The position numbers were made by a program, and so were the translations under genes. The notes below the pieces were generated by a model. The model ran no database searches. It saw only the letters and a program-made list of their open reading frames with translations, and was not told the origin of the DNA. From Okamejei kenojei (lineage: Eukaryota), in the NCBI GenBank assembly GCA_035221665.1, contig CM069160.1:30628001-30692000 (forward strand): a stretch of 64,000 nucleotides of DNA. Direction: 5' to 3'. Every line of letters begins with the position of its first letter. Position 1 is the stretch's first letter. Shown here in pieces: positions 46,653 to 60,612 of this stretch.

Positions 46653-46694
46653 GTAACGCCAGATTTTGTTAATTATGATTTTCACGCTCATTGA

Positions 46695-46707
46695 TGTGTG
46701 TATGTGT

Positions 46708-46747
<40 letters not shown>

Positions 46748-47829
46748 ACGTATGTATATATAGCGTTTATGTATGTGTGGAAAAAAATGTGTGTATGTTT
46801 GTGTGTGTTATATGTGTGAGTGTTAAGTGTATATATATGTATGTGTGTAAAATGAATGTGGTGTTTTTATCGTGTGATGTGTGTGTATTTGTAATGTGTT
46901 TTATGTGTTGAATGTGTATGTACGTGTGTGTTTATGTGGGTGTGTATGTTTCTATATTTTCGAGTGTGTGTATTATCTGTGTTTTCTGTGTATGTATGTG
47001 TGTATATAATGTATGTGTTTATGTAAGTGTGAAAATGTGTATGTGTTTATAAAAGTGTTTGTGTGTGTGTTTATATATGTGTGATGCATGTGTATATAGA
47101 AACGTAAGAAATTAGGTTTCAGTAGCAAGGCCATTCGGCCCTTCGAGCCTGCACCGCCATCGATGTGGATCATGGCTGATCATCCAACTCCGTAACCCTG
47201 TACCTGGCCTTCCTCTCCATACCACCCCTGATCCCTTCAGCCACAAGGGCCGACATCAACTTTCCACTTAAATATGGCCAACAAACTGGCCTCAATACCT
47301 TCTGTTGCTGAGAATTCCACAGATTCACCACGTCTCTGTTTGAAAAACGATTTTCTCCATTCTCGTCCTAAAGAACTTCTTCCCCCCTTATCGCATCAAC
47401 TGTGACCACCTTGTCCTGGACTTTTCCAAACATCGGAACAATCTTCCTGCATCGTAGCCAAGTCCAACCCCTTAAGAATTTTGTAAGTCTCTATGAGATC
47501 ACCCCTCAATCTTCTAAATTCCAGCAAGTACAAGCGAGTATGTAAGTGTGTATAAAGTATGAGTGTATTTGTATGTGTTTATGTGTGTGTGTGTGTGGTA
47601 AATATGGTGTGTGTATATAAGTGCGTGTGTTTATGTATTTGTGTATATATGTGTGTGCCTCTATATTTGTATGTGCGTGTGTGTGTATTTATGTATGCGT
47701 GTATATATATAAAAGATAGACACAAAATGCTAGAGTAACAGCTAGAGTAACAGCGGGACAGGCATCATCTCTGTATAGAAGATATGTGTGTGTGGAGAGA
47801 ATGTGTGTGTGTGTGTGTGTGAGAGAGAA

Positions 47830-47861
<32 letters not shown>

Positions 47862-47870
47862 CACACACTG
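46695..47870 (+). repeat. (TG/TA)n-rich low-complexity region with a minus-strand CR1 fragment at ~47097-47540
   Basis: Directly visible. Confidence 0.9.
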
Positions 47871-47929
47871 AACTTTTTTGTTGTTTATTATATTGTTTAC
47901 AGTGTGTACTATGTTTACATATTACAGCA

Positions 47930-49146
47930 GTGCTTTGGCAGGATAGATTAGAGGGTTCGTCTAGGGAGGCTATTTGGGTTGAACTGAGAAGTGGGAACGG
48001 TGTAGCAACACTTTTAGGGGTGTACTACAGACCGCCAAATGGGGAGCGAGAATTGGAAGAGCAAATATGTAAGGAGATAGCAGATATTAGTAGTAAGCAC
48101 AAGGTAGTGATTGTGGGAGATTTCAATTTCCCAAAAATAGACGAGGAAACACATTCTGTAAATGGGCTGGATGTTTGGATTTTTGTAAAATGATTGCATG
48201 ATAGTTTTTTCAGCAGTACATAGAGGAACCGACCAGAGGAAGAGTCAGTGCTGGACCAATCGCTGTTGAGCAAATGAGGCAGGACAGGTTACTGGAGGTA
48301 TTCTTGTGAGCACTTTCGGAACCAGGATCACAATACAATAGTTACAATAAAATTATGGAGCGAGTCAGAACAGAGACCGTAGAAGTGGAGATTTTTTGAT
48401 TGGAGAAAGGTCTAACATTGAGGGCAAGCGTGAAGGATTTTAAAGGGAGTGTAATTGGGACCTTTGTTTCATGTAAAGGATGTAAGAAGAGAAATGGAGG
48501 ACAATTAAAAGGGGAAATTGTAAGAGTACAGGAATCTTTATGTCCCTGATTAGGTGAAAGGAAATAGTAAAAATGGGAAAGAGCCATGGTTATCCAAGGG
48601 AAAATTAGACACTTGTTTTTCGAGAAAAAAAAAAAAAAAAAAATAAACAAAAAAAAAAAAAAAAGAGAATATCGTACAATAACTATAGGAGCATGGAAGT
48701 AAATGAGGTGCAAGATGAGTATAAAGAATGTAAAAAGAATCTGTAAGAAAGAAATTAGGAAGGCTAAAAGAAGATAGAGGTGCTTTGGCAAGAAAGGGTG
48801 GAAAGTAAATCCAAAGGGTATCTACAGCAATATTAATAGCAAAAAGGATAACGAGGATAAAATTGGACCATTCGTAGAGAACCATAAAGGACAGCTATCT
48901 CAGACCAAAAGAGATGGGGGAGATATTGAACAATTTCTTTTTCTTTTCGGTATACACCAAGGAGAAGAACATTGCACTCTGTTAGGTAAGGGAAAAAAGT
49001 AGAGTAGCTATGGAAACTATGAATTCAAAGTAGAGAAGTACTGACATCTATTTTGAAAAATATGTAAGGTGTGGATAAGTCACCTCCAGGTCCTGACAGG
49101 ATATTCCCTAGGACATTTGAGGGAAGTAGTGTAGAAATAGCAGGAG
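47930..49146 (+). mobile_element. CR1 LINE ORF2 5' part (APE endonuclease and linker), degraded
   Basis: EAIWVEL..LLGVYYRPPN..VVIVGDFNFP.ID; KSPGPD.IFPR. Confidence 0.9.
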
Positions 49147-49646
49147 NNNNNNNNNNNNNNNNNNNNNNNNNNNNNNNNNNNNNNNNNNNNNNNNNNNNNN
49201 NNNNNNNNNNNNNNNNNNNNNNNNNNNNNNNNNNNNNNNNNNNNNNNNNNNNNNNNNNNNNNNNNNNNNNNNNNNNNNNNNNNNNNNNNNNNNNNNNNNN
49301 NNNNNNNNNNNNNNNNNNNNNNNNNNNNNNNNNNNNNNNNNNNNNNNNNNNNNNNNNNNNNNNNNNNNNNNNNNNNNNNNNNNNNNNNNNNNNNNNNNNN
49401 NNNNNNNNNNNNNNNNNNNNNNNNNNNNNNNNNNNNNNNNNNNNNNNNNNNNNNNNNNNNNNNNNNNNNNNNNNNNNNNNNNNNNNNNNNNNNNNNNNNN
49501 NNNNNNNNNNNNNNNNNNNNNNNNNNNNNNNNNNNNNNNNNNNNNNNNNNNNNNNNNNNNNNNNNNNNNNNNNNNNNNNNNNNNNNNNNNNNNNNNNNNN
49601 NNNNNNNNNNNNNNNNNNNNNNNNNNNNNNNNNNNNNNNNNNNNNN
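49147..49646. other. 500-N scaffold gap
   Basis: Exactly 500 N; the flanks (CR1 on plus, DIRS on minus) do not continue into each other. Confidence 0.98.
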
Positions 49647-52600
49647 TTGTCATTGTGGCGATCTACCACACGTTTTATTGTGAACTTTGATAAAAGTTGC
49701 TTGTTTACCACACCTGCGTTGAAAATTCTAATTACTGGCAGAGCCGTTACGTCCACGCTCCTTTGCCGCGGAAGTAGTGCTGCCCGGGTGGAGTGAGATT
49801 TGAATCTCCTCAGTGTCTTACTCCTGCTATCTGTTTTCACCTGTTTCAACCTTTGAGTTTGTGTGGACTGAAGCTTTTAGTGTGTGTTGTTTTATTGCGT
49901 AATCTTTTTCGTTATTTATTTCCTCGAGTGTTTTGGTTAAGTTTTATATATTGGTCTCAAATGGATAGCCACCTCATAAGTAGGATTCAATAGGATAAGC
50001 TTGAAGATTACCTTTGCTCTGTTTCTTCCTGGTCTGCTTTGTTTGATAGTTCGTAAATAAACCAATGTTATCTGTAGATCAATGCATAGCAGTCTTAAAA
50101 GCACATTTGTAAAGTTTGCACTCTCTGAAGCTGGAAACCATGATTTTAACATTATAATTTTGAATGTATTTCTTTCCAATGACAATCCTTCAATTGGAGT
50201 CCACTGTACTAAGTAAGGTATGTAATGCTCTCATCACTATTCTCTGTGTTTATTGGTTTGGGTGGATTAATGTTAAAGATTCCTTTCTTGAATCTAGATA
50301 TTAGTGGCATGTGATCCAATTGTTTTATGCGTATGACATAATTACTAAATGATGATAAGGCTCTGCGTGCAGTGTTAGTGGCACTTAACTTATAATGTTG
50401 CTCAAAATGCAATTTAGCAAGGAGTTTTCCCAATACATTTTTCATTTGCTATTTCACAGTATCTCAATATCCAAACATGCATGTTCACAGTATCATAAGA
50501 ATTATTTGACTGTGTGCAAATTATTCCTTTTTCTTAATATATGTCATATATTGTTTTTGTTGTGTTATCCCGCCATGATGCGTCTATAACTTCCATAGTT
50601 TTGTCCGATCAATCCCTGCTCTGTAGTGGTCTGGTCAAAACATGCAGATTAATAAATTCATTATGCATTAAGGGATAAATTTCTTTGGTTACTGGTATAA
50701 TCAAAATTTCACTATACAGTTAGGGAATTTGACATTATATGGCTTCTTTAATCATATTCTGCATTAATGGGAAACCAAGGTTGTGTTAGCCAATTTGGTA
50801 CTAACCACCAATCCTGTGGCAGAATTTTGTTCTATTTACTTCAGGACTTTGCTGAACCAAAGCAAATGGTGGAAAAAGATAAAAGTACATATTCCCCCAG
50901 TTCAATGAAAAAGAATCTACTGTACTGCCATCTGGATCGTGTTCCAAAGACCAATATTTAGGCAATTGATGACTTAAAGCCTTGATGCTGACAAATCAAT
51001 TTTGGTATAACCAAATTGGTTTACTATATCTTAAATATTGCAGTTTACGCATCCCATTCTGGGTTATCTTTAAATATATCCTGTTTTTTTTTTTTTTTAT
51101 TCTTTTATCTGCCACCACATAGTCTTTACCTGGGTAGTAGTTTGCTGAAATCCAATTTTGGCGTTCTTTACACCAGTGCCTTATTTCATTGACCCAGACA
51201 ATCACATGATACTGATCTGATCCCCCCATGTTGGAATAATATATGCAACATCCGTTTTATTGTATAGCTGTATTAATACATGTTGACCCTTTTTTGACAG
51301 CAATAGCTTTTAGACCATAGAAAGCACCCAATAACTCTATATAGTTAATACCATAGTTTGAAGTAACGTTTCTTCTTGGACTTTCCATCTACCCCACAAC
51401 TGGAGGATGAATCTGTTAAACCCCCCCCCCCACCCACCCCCATCCGAGAGCTTAGATCTATTTATAAAACAATTTTCCATGATGTTTATTATGAATGTTT
51501 TTAGCAGCTTGTGGACATTTTTATCCACCATGGTAATTCCTACAAAACTTCTTTTGTTAATTGCATAGGCCTATCAAAGTGGCCTGCCCTCTCTTTGAGA
51601 GCTTCTATTTTGTCCCTTTGATGATTTTGATAATGTAATGGACATAATTCTACTGCAGGAAATGCTGATATTAGTGTACAATAGTTTCGATTCTTCTCGG
51701 ATGGAAGGATTAGTTGTGAATGAGATTATTTACAAGTCACCAAATAATTATTCAACTTTATCTTTGTTGGTAAAGTATTAACATAGTTTATGAGTTTATT
51801 ACAAACTCCTAATAGTTAATTGATTGGTGCTGGCTGCAGCTGGGATTTTAATTGGATGAATCAAGAACCCTAGGTTTAACTAAGCCTTGTACTTGAAACT
51901 AATTCTCAGCTGGGATCTTGATTGCCATTAATATTAGAATGTCATCGAGATAAGCCCATAGCGATTGTGTTTTTTGTCTCTTAAATTGGGATAATAACTG
52001 GGTTTCAATGTTTTGTAAAGAGTGGGGAGCTGATACTCAAACCCTTTGGCAAAGCTTTTTAAACTGCCATTATTGGTCCCAGCCAATTAAATTTTAAAGT
52101 ACCTCAGAAAACTGATTGTATTGGTTACAGAATAATAGGCGGTTTTTTTTTTCAAAAAAAAAAAATCATTCGAGCCATATTAACAACCCTGTGTGATATT
52201 AAATATTTTTTTTCTTTGCAGTATTTAAATGTTTCATTTTAAAAAAGTTTGTATTCTACACAAATTTTATGATCTGTAAGGTCAGAATAAATTCTGCTAA
52301 ATCCCACCATTCTTTTTATTGTCTTTTGAATAAAAAAAAAAAAAAATTTTATCTTTAGACACCAATTTGATGCTGTTTTGTTCATAAGTTTTTTCCAATA
52401 ACACCTTTAAAGATAATTTTGTCAAATTACCACATTAATCTTTGCTTTTCCATTGCAGTAAAACGGAAAGCATAGGGCGGTTTATCTGTATGGAGGGTTA
52501 ACCCTTCTTTAAAATGTAATAGTGGCTTTCCTGAAACTGCTTGTAAAAATAAAAAAACCGTTCGGAAGTATAGTAAGCCAGTCTTTATTAAAAACTTTTT

Positions 52601-53400
52601 GTATTCTCCCTTCCAAACTGGAGATTTATTTCCGCCGTTTCTTTAAGGATAGAACAAGTCTTTAAATACCTTCTCATATGAAGCGTTTGGGGGGGGGGGT
52701 GGGAGGTGAATCTCCTTTCCCCGAATACGGGTAAGTATTGGGCCTTGTGCAGTAACTATAATATTTCCTTGACATAATTTCTTGCCTTCTATTTCCAAAA
52801 AAAAATCAAAATACCCTTTCTGGGCGAAAAATTACCTTTTTTAGTCCTAAGACGAAGGTTTTCTGCAGCCTAAAAATTTTTTTAGTTCTTCAATCAATTT
52901 TCTAATAATTTAGGGCAGAATTTACTCCAAAAGATAACCAGGAGCTTGACACACCCCTTGGCTCGGGACACAGGCTTGCAAACCTTGGGTGAATATGGGC
53001 CGATAGCCATTTTACCTTCATACAAAAATTTCATAGAAAGAATTTGCACATAAGCCCCCTTTTCCTATACTTATCCAATACCCCATAAAGGCCTAATGCA
53101 AGCAGAATAAATGGTGAGGGATTTTTGAACCCTCATTCCTTGAGCTCTTCTATTTGGGGTCCATGGATTGCCCAATTCACGGAATAATAAACCGTATGGC
53201 ACTTCCAATGAGGGCCCAATTTCTGTTCGGTTTGATTCTGTTGTTTTCAATCCTCACAAAATCATGAAGTTTGGTGGATAACCCATATATTAATGTTTGG
53301 GAGCTAGGTTTTTCTTCCCAAAGCCTCACCTTAACCTTTTTCATTATATAGCAATTTTTTGCTTATCCCCAGGCACATTTTAGCGCCTTTATTTTATTTT
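49647..53400 (-). mobile_element. DIRS1-like tyrosine-recombinase retrotransposon, degraded
   Basis: Minus strand: LPKGL..SP.LFTK (~52050), AYLDD (~51941-51955), AFPAVE, RNase H MGG..WC.ER.NWISA.Y.PGK..VAD (~51100-51230), VPNWLTQPWFP (~50768-50800), FNINPPKP, tyrosine-recombinase HSTRAA (~49778-49795). Confidence 0.85.
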
Positions 53401-54104
53401 TGTGGTGTGTTTTCAAATGCCAAAAAATCCCACCATCAACAGGGTCTTGCCTTCTTGCAGCCCTAAAATTCAATTGGGATGTTCATACCTTGGAGGGACT
53501 TCTTCGGCCCAATTTCTGGGTACGGAGTTCCAAACTCCCAATTAGGCCCCAAAGCCTTATTTTCAGAATACTATTTTAAACCCCTCGGGTTTTTTGGGAA
53601 ACCTTATGGATCTGGTGGACCCTAAGTTCTCATTAAAATTATTTTTTTTTTTTTTTTTTTTTTTTTTGGGGGGGGGGTGGGGGGGTAAAACTTTTCTCCA
53701 TATGCTCTTTATTTATTCCACATAGTTTAATTATCTGGTGGACTTTCAGTATTTTCAAGGGGGGGGGGGAGGTTCATCAGAAACCACAGGCCTCTCAGAT
53801 TTCTTTTACATTTTTAGGAGATTGCTCTCCGTGGTTAATACTTCCGGGGAAGAATCTAGAAATCGCTAAAGGGTATTATCAGCGGGCCTAACGGTAATCG
53901 GAACCTGAATCAATCTCCGCACTAGCTTTTTTTTCCCGTATTTTTTTCTTTTTCACCCCCGGGAAGCTCTCTTTTTTTACCGCGAATTTTTCTTTGCCGA
54001 TTTCTCCTTCATTAATCTGTGCTAAACAGAACTTTAAAAAACGTGGGGGACTCGACTTTTATTTTACTTTACGCCGTTTGCCAGCGTTGAGGCGGGGATC
54101 CTTC

Positions 54105-54805
54105 ACGTAGTCACTTCACGTGACTCCGAAGTAAAATGTTGGATTGTATGATGAATTTCCCCTGCAACCACAAGGGAGATTGCACCAACTGTCCCCTTTA
54201 CCTCCCCCTTGGACTCCAAATCCAAGAACCTCATCAGGTCTCTTACAGGTGAGGGCAGAGGTTCGCTGCACTCCTCCAAAACTTCATTTCCTTGCATCGC
54301 TGTTCCAGGTGTTCAAACTTCCTCTACATCGGGCGGGACCCAACAAAAGGCAAACAGGCTCGGCGAATTGGTTTTCCGCTGCTGTAACACCTCCGCTCAG
54401 TCCGTCTTAACCAACCTGATCTCCCAGTGCCCCAAGCAAACCCTTCCAAATCCCCTTCATTTCCAATCTGATCTTTTCTGTTCATGGGCCTCCTCCATTG
54501 TCAGAGTGGGGCCCCCAAAGCGCAATTGGAAGGACAGGCATCAATTATTTCGTTGGGGTAGTTCATTACTGCTGTGGTCATGAACCATTTGACCTTCTCC
54601 AACTTCAGATAGCCCTTTGCTTTTCTCTTCTACTTTCTCTTCCCCTTCCAGATATACCACTAGGTCATACTGTCTCTGCCTAACCATTCTATTCTTGTCC
54701 CGCCCCCCTGGCCTGATGTTAGTCTGAAGCAGGGGTCTCGACAGAAATAAAAACGTCGCCCCATTCCCGTCGTCCATGATGCTGCTCACAGCGGCGTTAC
54801 TCTAG
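54105..54805 (+). mobile_element. Penelope-like 3' fragment, degraded
   Basis: FPCNHK.DCTNCPF..; HFQS..LGLLHCQS..; degenerate pLTR. Confidence 0.7.
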
Positions 54806-57577
54806 CATTTTTTTTTTTTTTTTGTTAAGTATTTTTTATTATTGAAACTATATTAATAAAAAAATATATGTATATTACATAATTGAAAAAAATACAATTG
54901 ATAATAATATATTTACTTTTCATACTATTAATACATAATATTGTATATTATCATTAATATTAAAATAAAAGATTATATGTTTTTTTATAATTGAAAATAC
55001 ATGATATTAATAATACATTCATGATAAATAAAATATTTTTATTTTATTATTAATATTAAAAAAATTTAAGGACTATATGTTTCTATACACCTTTTTCTAA
55101 ATTTTTTTTTTAAAGTTTAGAAGAAAAGGTAGTGAAAGAGAGTATAAGAAATATGAAAGTGAATGGCAGTGTTAGTCATTAATCGTCCTTGGAGATTTAG
55201 GCATGAATTTATTTATATATATTTCTTCATCCATTCTAATATTTTTTCAGCAGGCCTCAGTCAAGCCCTCGTTTATACCGAGCCATTATGGACCCTGTTG
55301 TAAATATTGAATATATGAAGGGCACCATATCTCTCTGAAGGGGGGTAGGGGGGAAAATCTAAACCTGTCCATTAGGGACAAGCCTTCAATCTCTTCAGAT
55401 GAAAGTGTCTCCGACTTTTGTGTTCCCATTTTGATTGTTGGGGATGTAGGCCTTTCCAAAATTTTAATATTAATTTTTTTTCCCATTATTAAACCATAAT
55501 CAATAAAGATTCTTGATTCGTTGTTATTAATTGGTCTGTTTCAGGTATTCCTAGTATTATTAAAAACTTTGAATTCAGGAGTCAAAATTGTATTGGACAA
55601 CATTTTCGAAATTATCCTAAATATTTCTTCCAGAATTTTGTAATTTTTTATACAGTTTGTAAATGAATGTGACAAATTTGCTTCTAAATGTTGAATTTAT
55701 CACATATGGGGGATTACTTTTGGAAAGATGTTATGTAATTTAGATTTTGAATAATGTTGTCTATGTAGTATTTTAAAAACTGTAATAAGAGAGTGTTTAG
55801 CAATTTAAAAATCAATGATGTGTGTGTTGTAAACTTTCATCCCATACTTCTTGGTCTTATAATTTGGCCTAGTACATTTTCCCAAGACTGTCTATATATT
55901 TCTGTTGATGGAACAATCACTTTCCAATAAAGATATTGTTATATATATGAATCATTTCTTCTGTATTCGGATGTTTATTTAAGCATTCATCTAAAAATTT
56001 CTATCTTTCTATTTCTAAGTTCCTGAGTATTTGCTGTAAAAAAAAAAAAAAAAAAAAAAAAAAACACCCCCCATAGTCTCTGATTTGTAAATATATAAAT
56101 AATCTTTAGTATGTAGTCCATAAATTTGTTGTATACTATTGAAATGAAAGGAAAGAGTTTTTCCTTATAAAGATCACCCATCTTAGTAAATTTTTCCCTT
56201 ATTTTTCCTTTGTAAAAAAAAGCTTTATCCATCATTGAAGGTTTAAACATAAACATATTTACAAATGGTTATAAGAGATAATGGTATAGATTTTAGTTTT
56301 AATGTTTTCTTTATTTGTTTCCAAACTACGTATTCACTTTATTATCGGGTTTTCACTATAAAAATTTTCTTAGCTAAATTAATATTAGCAAATATTATAG
56401 AACGAATTTCAAAGGGAATGAGCAATCTTCTTTTTCCATATTTAACCCAGTTGGTTGGTTATCTGTTTCTTTCTAGCCCAAAAATTCATATTTTTCATAA
56501 TGTTGACTGCCCAGTAATAAAAACATTAAAATTTGGTAATGCTAATCCTCCATTTATTTTAGATTTGCATAAATGTTTTTTATTTATTCTATGACTCTTA
56601 TAATCCCAAATGAAGTTAGTGATTAGGGTCTCTACCTTTTTAAAGAAATTTTTTAGGGAGATATATCGGAATTAAATTGGAAAAGATATAAAAATTGTGG
56701 AAGAAAGATCATTTTTATTGTATTAATTTTACCTAACATTGAAATAGGTAAGCTTTTCCAATATAAATATTCTTATTTAATTTATTCAATAATGGTGGGA
56801 AGTTAGATTTAATAAAAGAAACGAATCTTTTTGTTACGAAAATTCCAAGATATTTTAATTTTTTCATTTGTTATCTTATAAAGGGAATTGTTGTATATGT
56901 GTAAATTATTCACGTTATTGGCATAAGTTCACTTTTATTCCAATTGATTCTATATCCTGAGAGGGAATCCAAATTCAGTTATTAATTTTAACAAATTTCG
57001 GATACTAGTTTCTGGTTTTGTGATGTAAAGTAATCATTCATCCGCGTATAAGGAGATTTTATTTTTAGTGTCTCTAGTATCATATCCCATATATTTCCGG
57101 ATGTAATCTCACCCTCTGGGCTAGGGGTTCTATTGCAAGTGCAAACATAGAGGGGATAAAAGGGCTTCCTTGTCTAACAAACCTCGAGATAAAATTGAAT
57201 TTAGTTGATAACATTCGGTTTGTTGTTATTTCTAGCTGTCGGATTTGTATATAAACACAATTTAATCCAGTGATAAAAAATTCTCTCTCCCAATTTGAAA
57301 GCTTCCATAACGAAAATAGATAAGGCCATTCACTTGATCGAAGGCTTTCTCTGCATCTAGCGAAAATGACTACTAGATCTTTTTTAATACTTCTTTTCGA
57401 ATATATAATATTAAAATAACCATCTTCTTAGATTATATGAGGAATATCGTTTTGGTATAAATCCTGTTTGATCGGGATGAATTAATTCGTTAACAACTGT
57501 ACTTAAGCCTTTGTGCTAAATATTTTTCGGTTAATATCTTTTGATCAGTATTTTTTAAAAGAGCTATTGCTCTAAAT

Positions 57578-59645
57578 GAGGGTACACAAAAAGCTGGAGA
57601 GAAGGAGAAACTCAGAGGGTGCTGCAGCATCTAAGGAGTGCGAAGGAGATAGGCGACGTTTCGGGTCGAGACCCTTCTTCGACTGGTCAGGGATCAGGGA
57701 AACGAGAGATATAGACGGTGATGTGGAGAGAGATAAGGAACACAATGAGTGAAAGATATGCAAAAAAGTATCGGTGATAAAGGGAACAAGCCCATTGTAA
57801 AGCTGTTTGTGGTTGTGAAAATGAGAAGCTGGTGCGGGGGGGGGGGACTTGGGTGGGGGAGGGAGATAGAGATAGAGGGAATGCCAGGGCCCGAGGGCTG
57901 TAGGGAGAGGTGGGGAAGGGGGTGGAGGAGACAGCAAGGTTAACAGAATTGAAAGAAAAATTCAATAATTCAAGCCCAAAGGGATGCAGACTCCCCCAAG
58001 CGGAATATGAGGTGCCTGTTCCTCCAGCTTGCGGTGTTGTCTCACTCTGGCCGTGGAGGAGGCCCAGGACCGAGAGGTCGGATGTGGAATGGGAGGGGGA
58101 GTTGAAGTGCTGAGCCACCGGGAGGTCGGGTTGGTTATTGCGGACCGAGCGGAAAGGTGTTCGGCGAAAGCGATCGCCAAAGCCTCCGCTTGGTCTCACC
58201 GATATTAGATCATCTGGCATCTGGAGCAACGGATGCAGTAGATGAGGTTGGAGGAGGTGCAGGTGAACCTCTGTCGGACCTGGAAGGACTGCTTGGGTCC
58301 CTGAAAAGGAGTGGAGGGGGGAGAGGTGAAGGACAAGTGTTGCATTTCTTGCGGTTGCAAGGGAAAGTGCCCGGGGAAGGGGTAGAGTGGGAGGGGAGGG
58401 AAGTAATTGGACAAGGGAGTTGCGGAGGGAGCGGTCTTTGCGGAAGGCAGGACAGGGGGGGAGGATGGGAAGATGTGGCGGGTGGAGGGGTCACGTTGGA
58501 GGTGGCGAAAACTGGCGGAGGACTATATGTTGTATTTGCCGGCTGGTGGGGTGAAAGGGTGAGGACCAGGGGGACTTGCCCTGTTTGCGAGTGGGGGAAT
58601 GGGGGCGAGGGCAGTGTTGCGGGGTATGGAGGAGACCCTGGTGCGAGCCTCATCAATAGTGGGGGAGGGGAATCCCCGTTTCTCTGAAGAATGAGAGGCC
58701 ATTTGTGATGACCTGGTGTGGAAACACCTCATCCTGGGAGCAGATGCGGCGTAGACGGGAGGAATTGGGAATAGGGGATGGAGTAGTCCTTACAGGAGGC
58801 AGGGGTGGGAGGAGGAGTAGTCCAGGTAGCTGTGGGAGTCAGTAGGTTTGTAGTGGATGTCGGTCAGGAGTGTATCACCTGCAATAGAGATAGTGAGGTC
58901 AAGGAATGGTATGGGAAGTGTCGGAAATGGTCCAAGTGTATTTGAGTGCCGGATGGAAGTTGGGTGGTGAAAATGAATGAAGTCAGTCAGTTGTGTGTGG
59001 GTGCAGGAGGTGGACACCAAAGCAAGTCGTCGATGTAACGGAGGTAGAGGTCGGGGATGGGGCCCTGGTATGCCGAGAACAAGGATTGTTCGACATTACC
59101 AACAAAAGAGGCAAGCGTAGCTGGGGCCCATGCGTGTCCCCATAGCCTACGCCTTGTGTTTGGAGGGAAATGGGAGGGGAATCAAAAGAGAAGTTAATTG
59201 AGGGTGAGGACCAACTCTGCTAGGCGGGAGGAGGGTTGTCATGTGGACGGGTTATTGGGTTGCTCCTCTGGTCGAGGAAGAAAACCGGAGGGCTTTGAGA
59301 CCGTCCTGGTGGGGGATGGAGGTGAGAGTGACCTGGAAAGTCCATGGTAAAGATGAGAGGATGGGGGCCTGGGGAATGGAATGCACGGAGGCCGACGGAG
59401 AGTGTCTGAGGTGTCTTGAACATAGGTGGGGAGGGATTTAACAAAGGGGATAGGATGGCGTCAAGGTATGTGGAAAAATGTGTTCGGTGGGGCACGAACA
59501 GGCAGAGACAATGGGTCTGCCAGGGCAGTCGGGTTTGTGGATTTTTGGGGAGAAGGTAAAATCGGGGCCACCGTGCGGGGCTGGGAAACGATTGAGGTCG
59601 GAGGCTCGGGGGGGTTGGGAGCCGGAGCTGATTGAAGTCAGTTTA
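57578..59645 (-). mobile_element. Penelope-like retroelement (RT, GIY-YIG, pLTR) inserted in the L1
   Basis: AMGTRMGPSYA, YLRYIDD, PFLDL..TDIHYKPTDSHSYLDY.SSHP, PCNRKKCNTC, FTCTSSNLIYCIRCSRC. Confidence 0.92.
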
Positions 59646-60327
59646 TGGTGCTTCTAAATGATCCTGGTTCATTCCAAGTCTTTATTTATTTTAGGGTATA
59701 AAGTGTTATATAATAGATTTATGCATTCAACGTTTCTGGTAATTTCTGCTGTGTATATTATCTGTTTCATATAATGATTTCAGACGTGTGAACCATCTGA
59801 TCATAAAATATTTTATAAAATTCCAAACCAATACCATCTGGTCCCGGTGTTTTACCATTTTTTAATGATCTAATAGATTCTTGGATTTCTTTTATTGAGA
59901 TATCAAGCCATTTAATAATTCTCTATTTTGTAAATCCAACCCTTTCAGGTTACATTTTTTTTAGAAATGCTTCTATTTCTGTTTTATTTTCTGTTGTTTT
60001 TGGCAGTGTATAAGTTTTTTTATAATATTGCATAAATCTTTCATTAATATCTTTAGGTTGTATTAGCAATTCGCCGTTTATGTGAATTTAATCCTATGGA
60101 TTATTTTTTCGGCTTTCCATTTTCCTTAATTGACGAGCCAATTAATTTTTGGGGTTTATCTCCGAATTCAAACTGTAATTGTTTAGTATGTTGATAAAGT
60201 TTTACAACTTGATCTGTATATATTTTATTTAATTTATATTTCAATGCTGCAATTTTATTGTGTAATATTATAGCTGGATTCGTTGCATTCTGTATATCTA
60301 ATTGTTTAATCTCCCTTTCCAAATATA

Positions 60328-60612
60328 ACATATAACCATATAACCATATAACAATTACAGCACGGAAACAGGCCCTCTCGGCCCTTCCAGTCCGTGCCGA
60401 CCATTTGTTTTCCCCCAGTCCCATCTACCTGCACTCAGACCATACCCCTCCATTCCCGTCCATTATACCTATCCACTTTACTCTTAAATGTTAAAAATCG
60501 ATCCTGCCTCCACCACTTCTGCTGGAAACTGATTCCACACAGCCACCACCCTCTGAGTAAAGAAGTTCCCCCTCACGTTACCCCAAAACCTCTGTCCATA
60601 ATTCTCATGTCA
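60328..60612 (-). mobile_element. Young CR1 3' fragment with (GGTTATAT)n tail, inserted in the L1
   Basis: Near-identical to 18085-18365. Confidence 0.9.

Noticed and set aside
43122-46694. 1190-aa Pro/Ser-rich ORF fused to RING/B-box
   Set aside because: The C/T-only tract cannot form stop codons, so the long frame is a composition artefact. The ORF begins at a non-ATG codon, and the real start is the Kozak ATG at 46230 (MAS.., typical of this TRIM class).
49025-49849. ORFs spanning 49147-49646
   Set aside because: They run through the 500-N gap and join unrelated CR1 and DIRS sequence.
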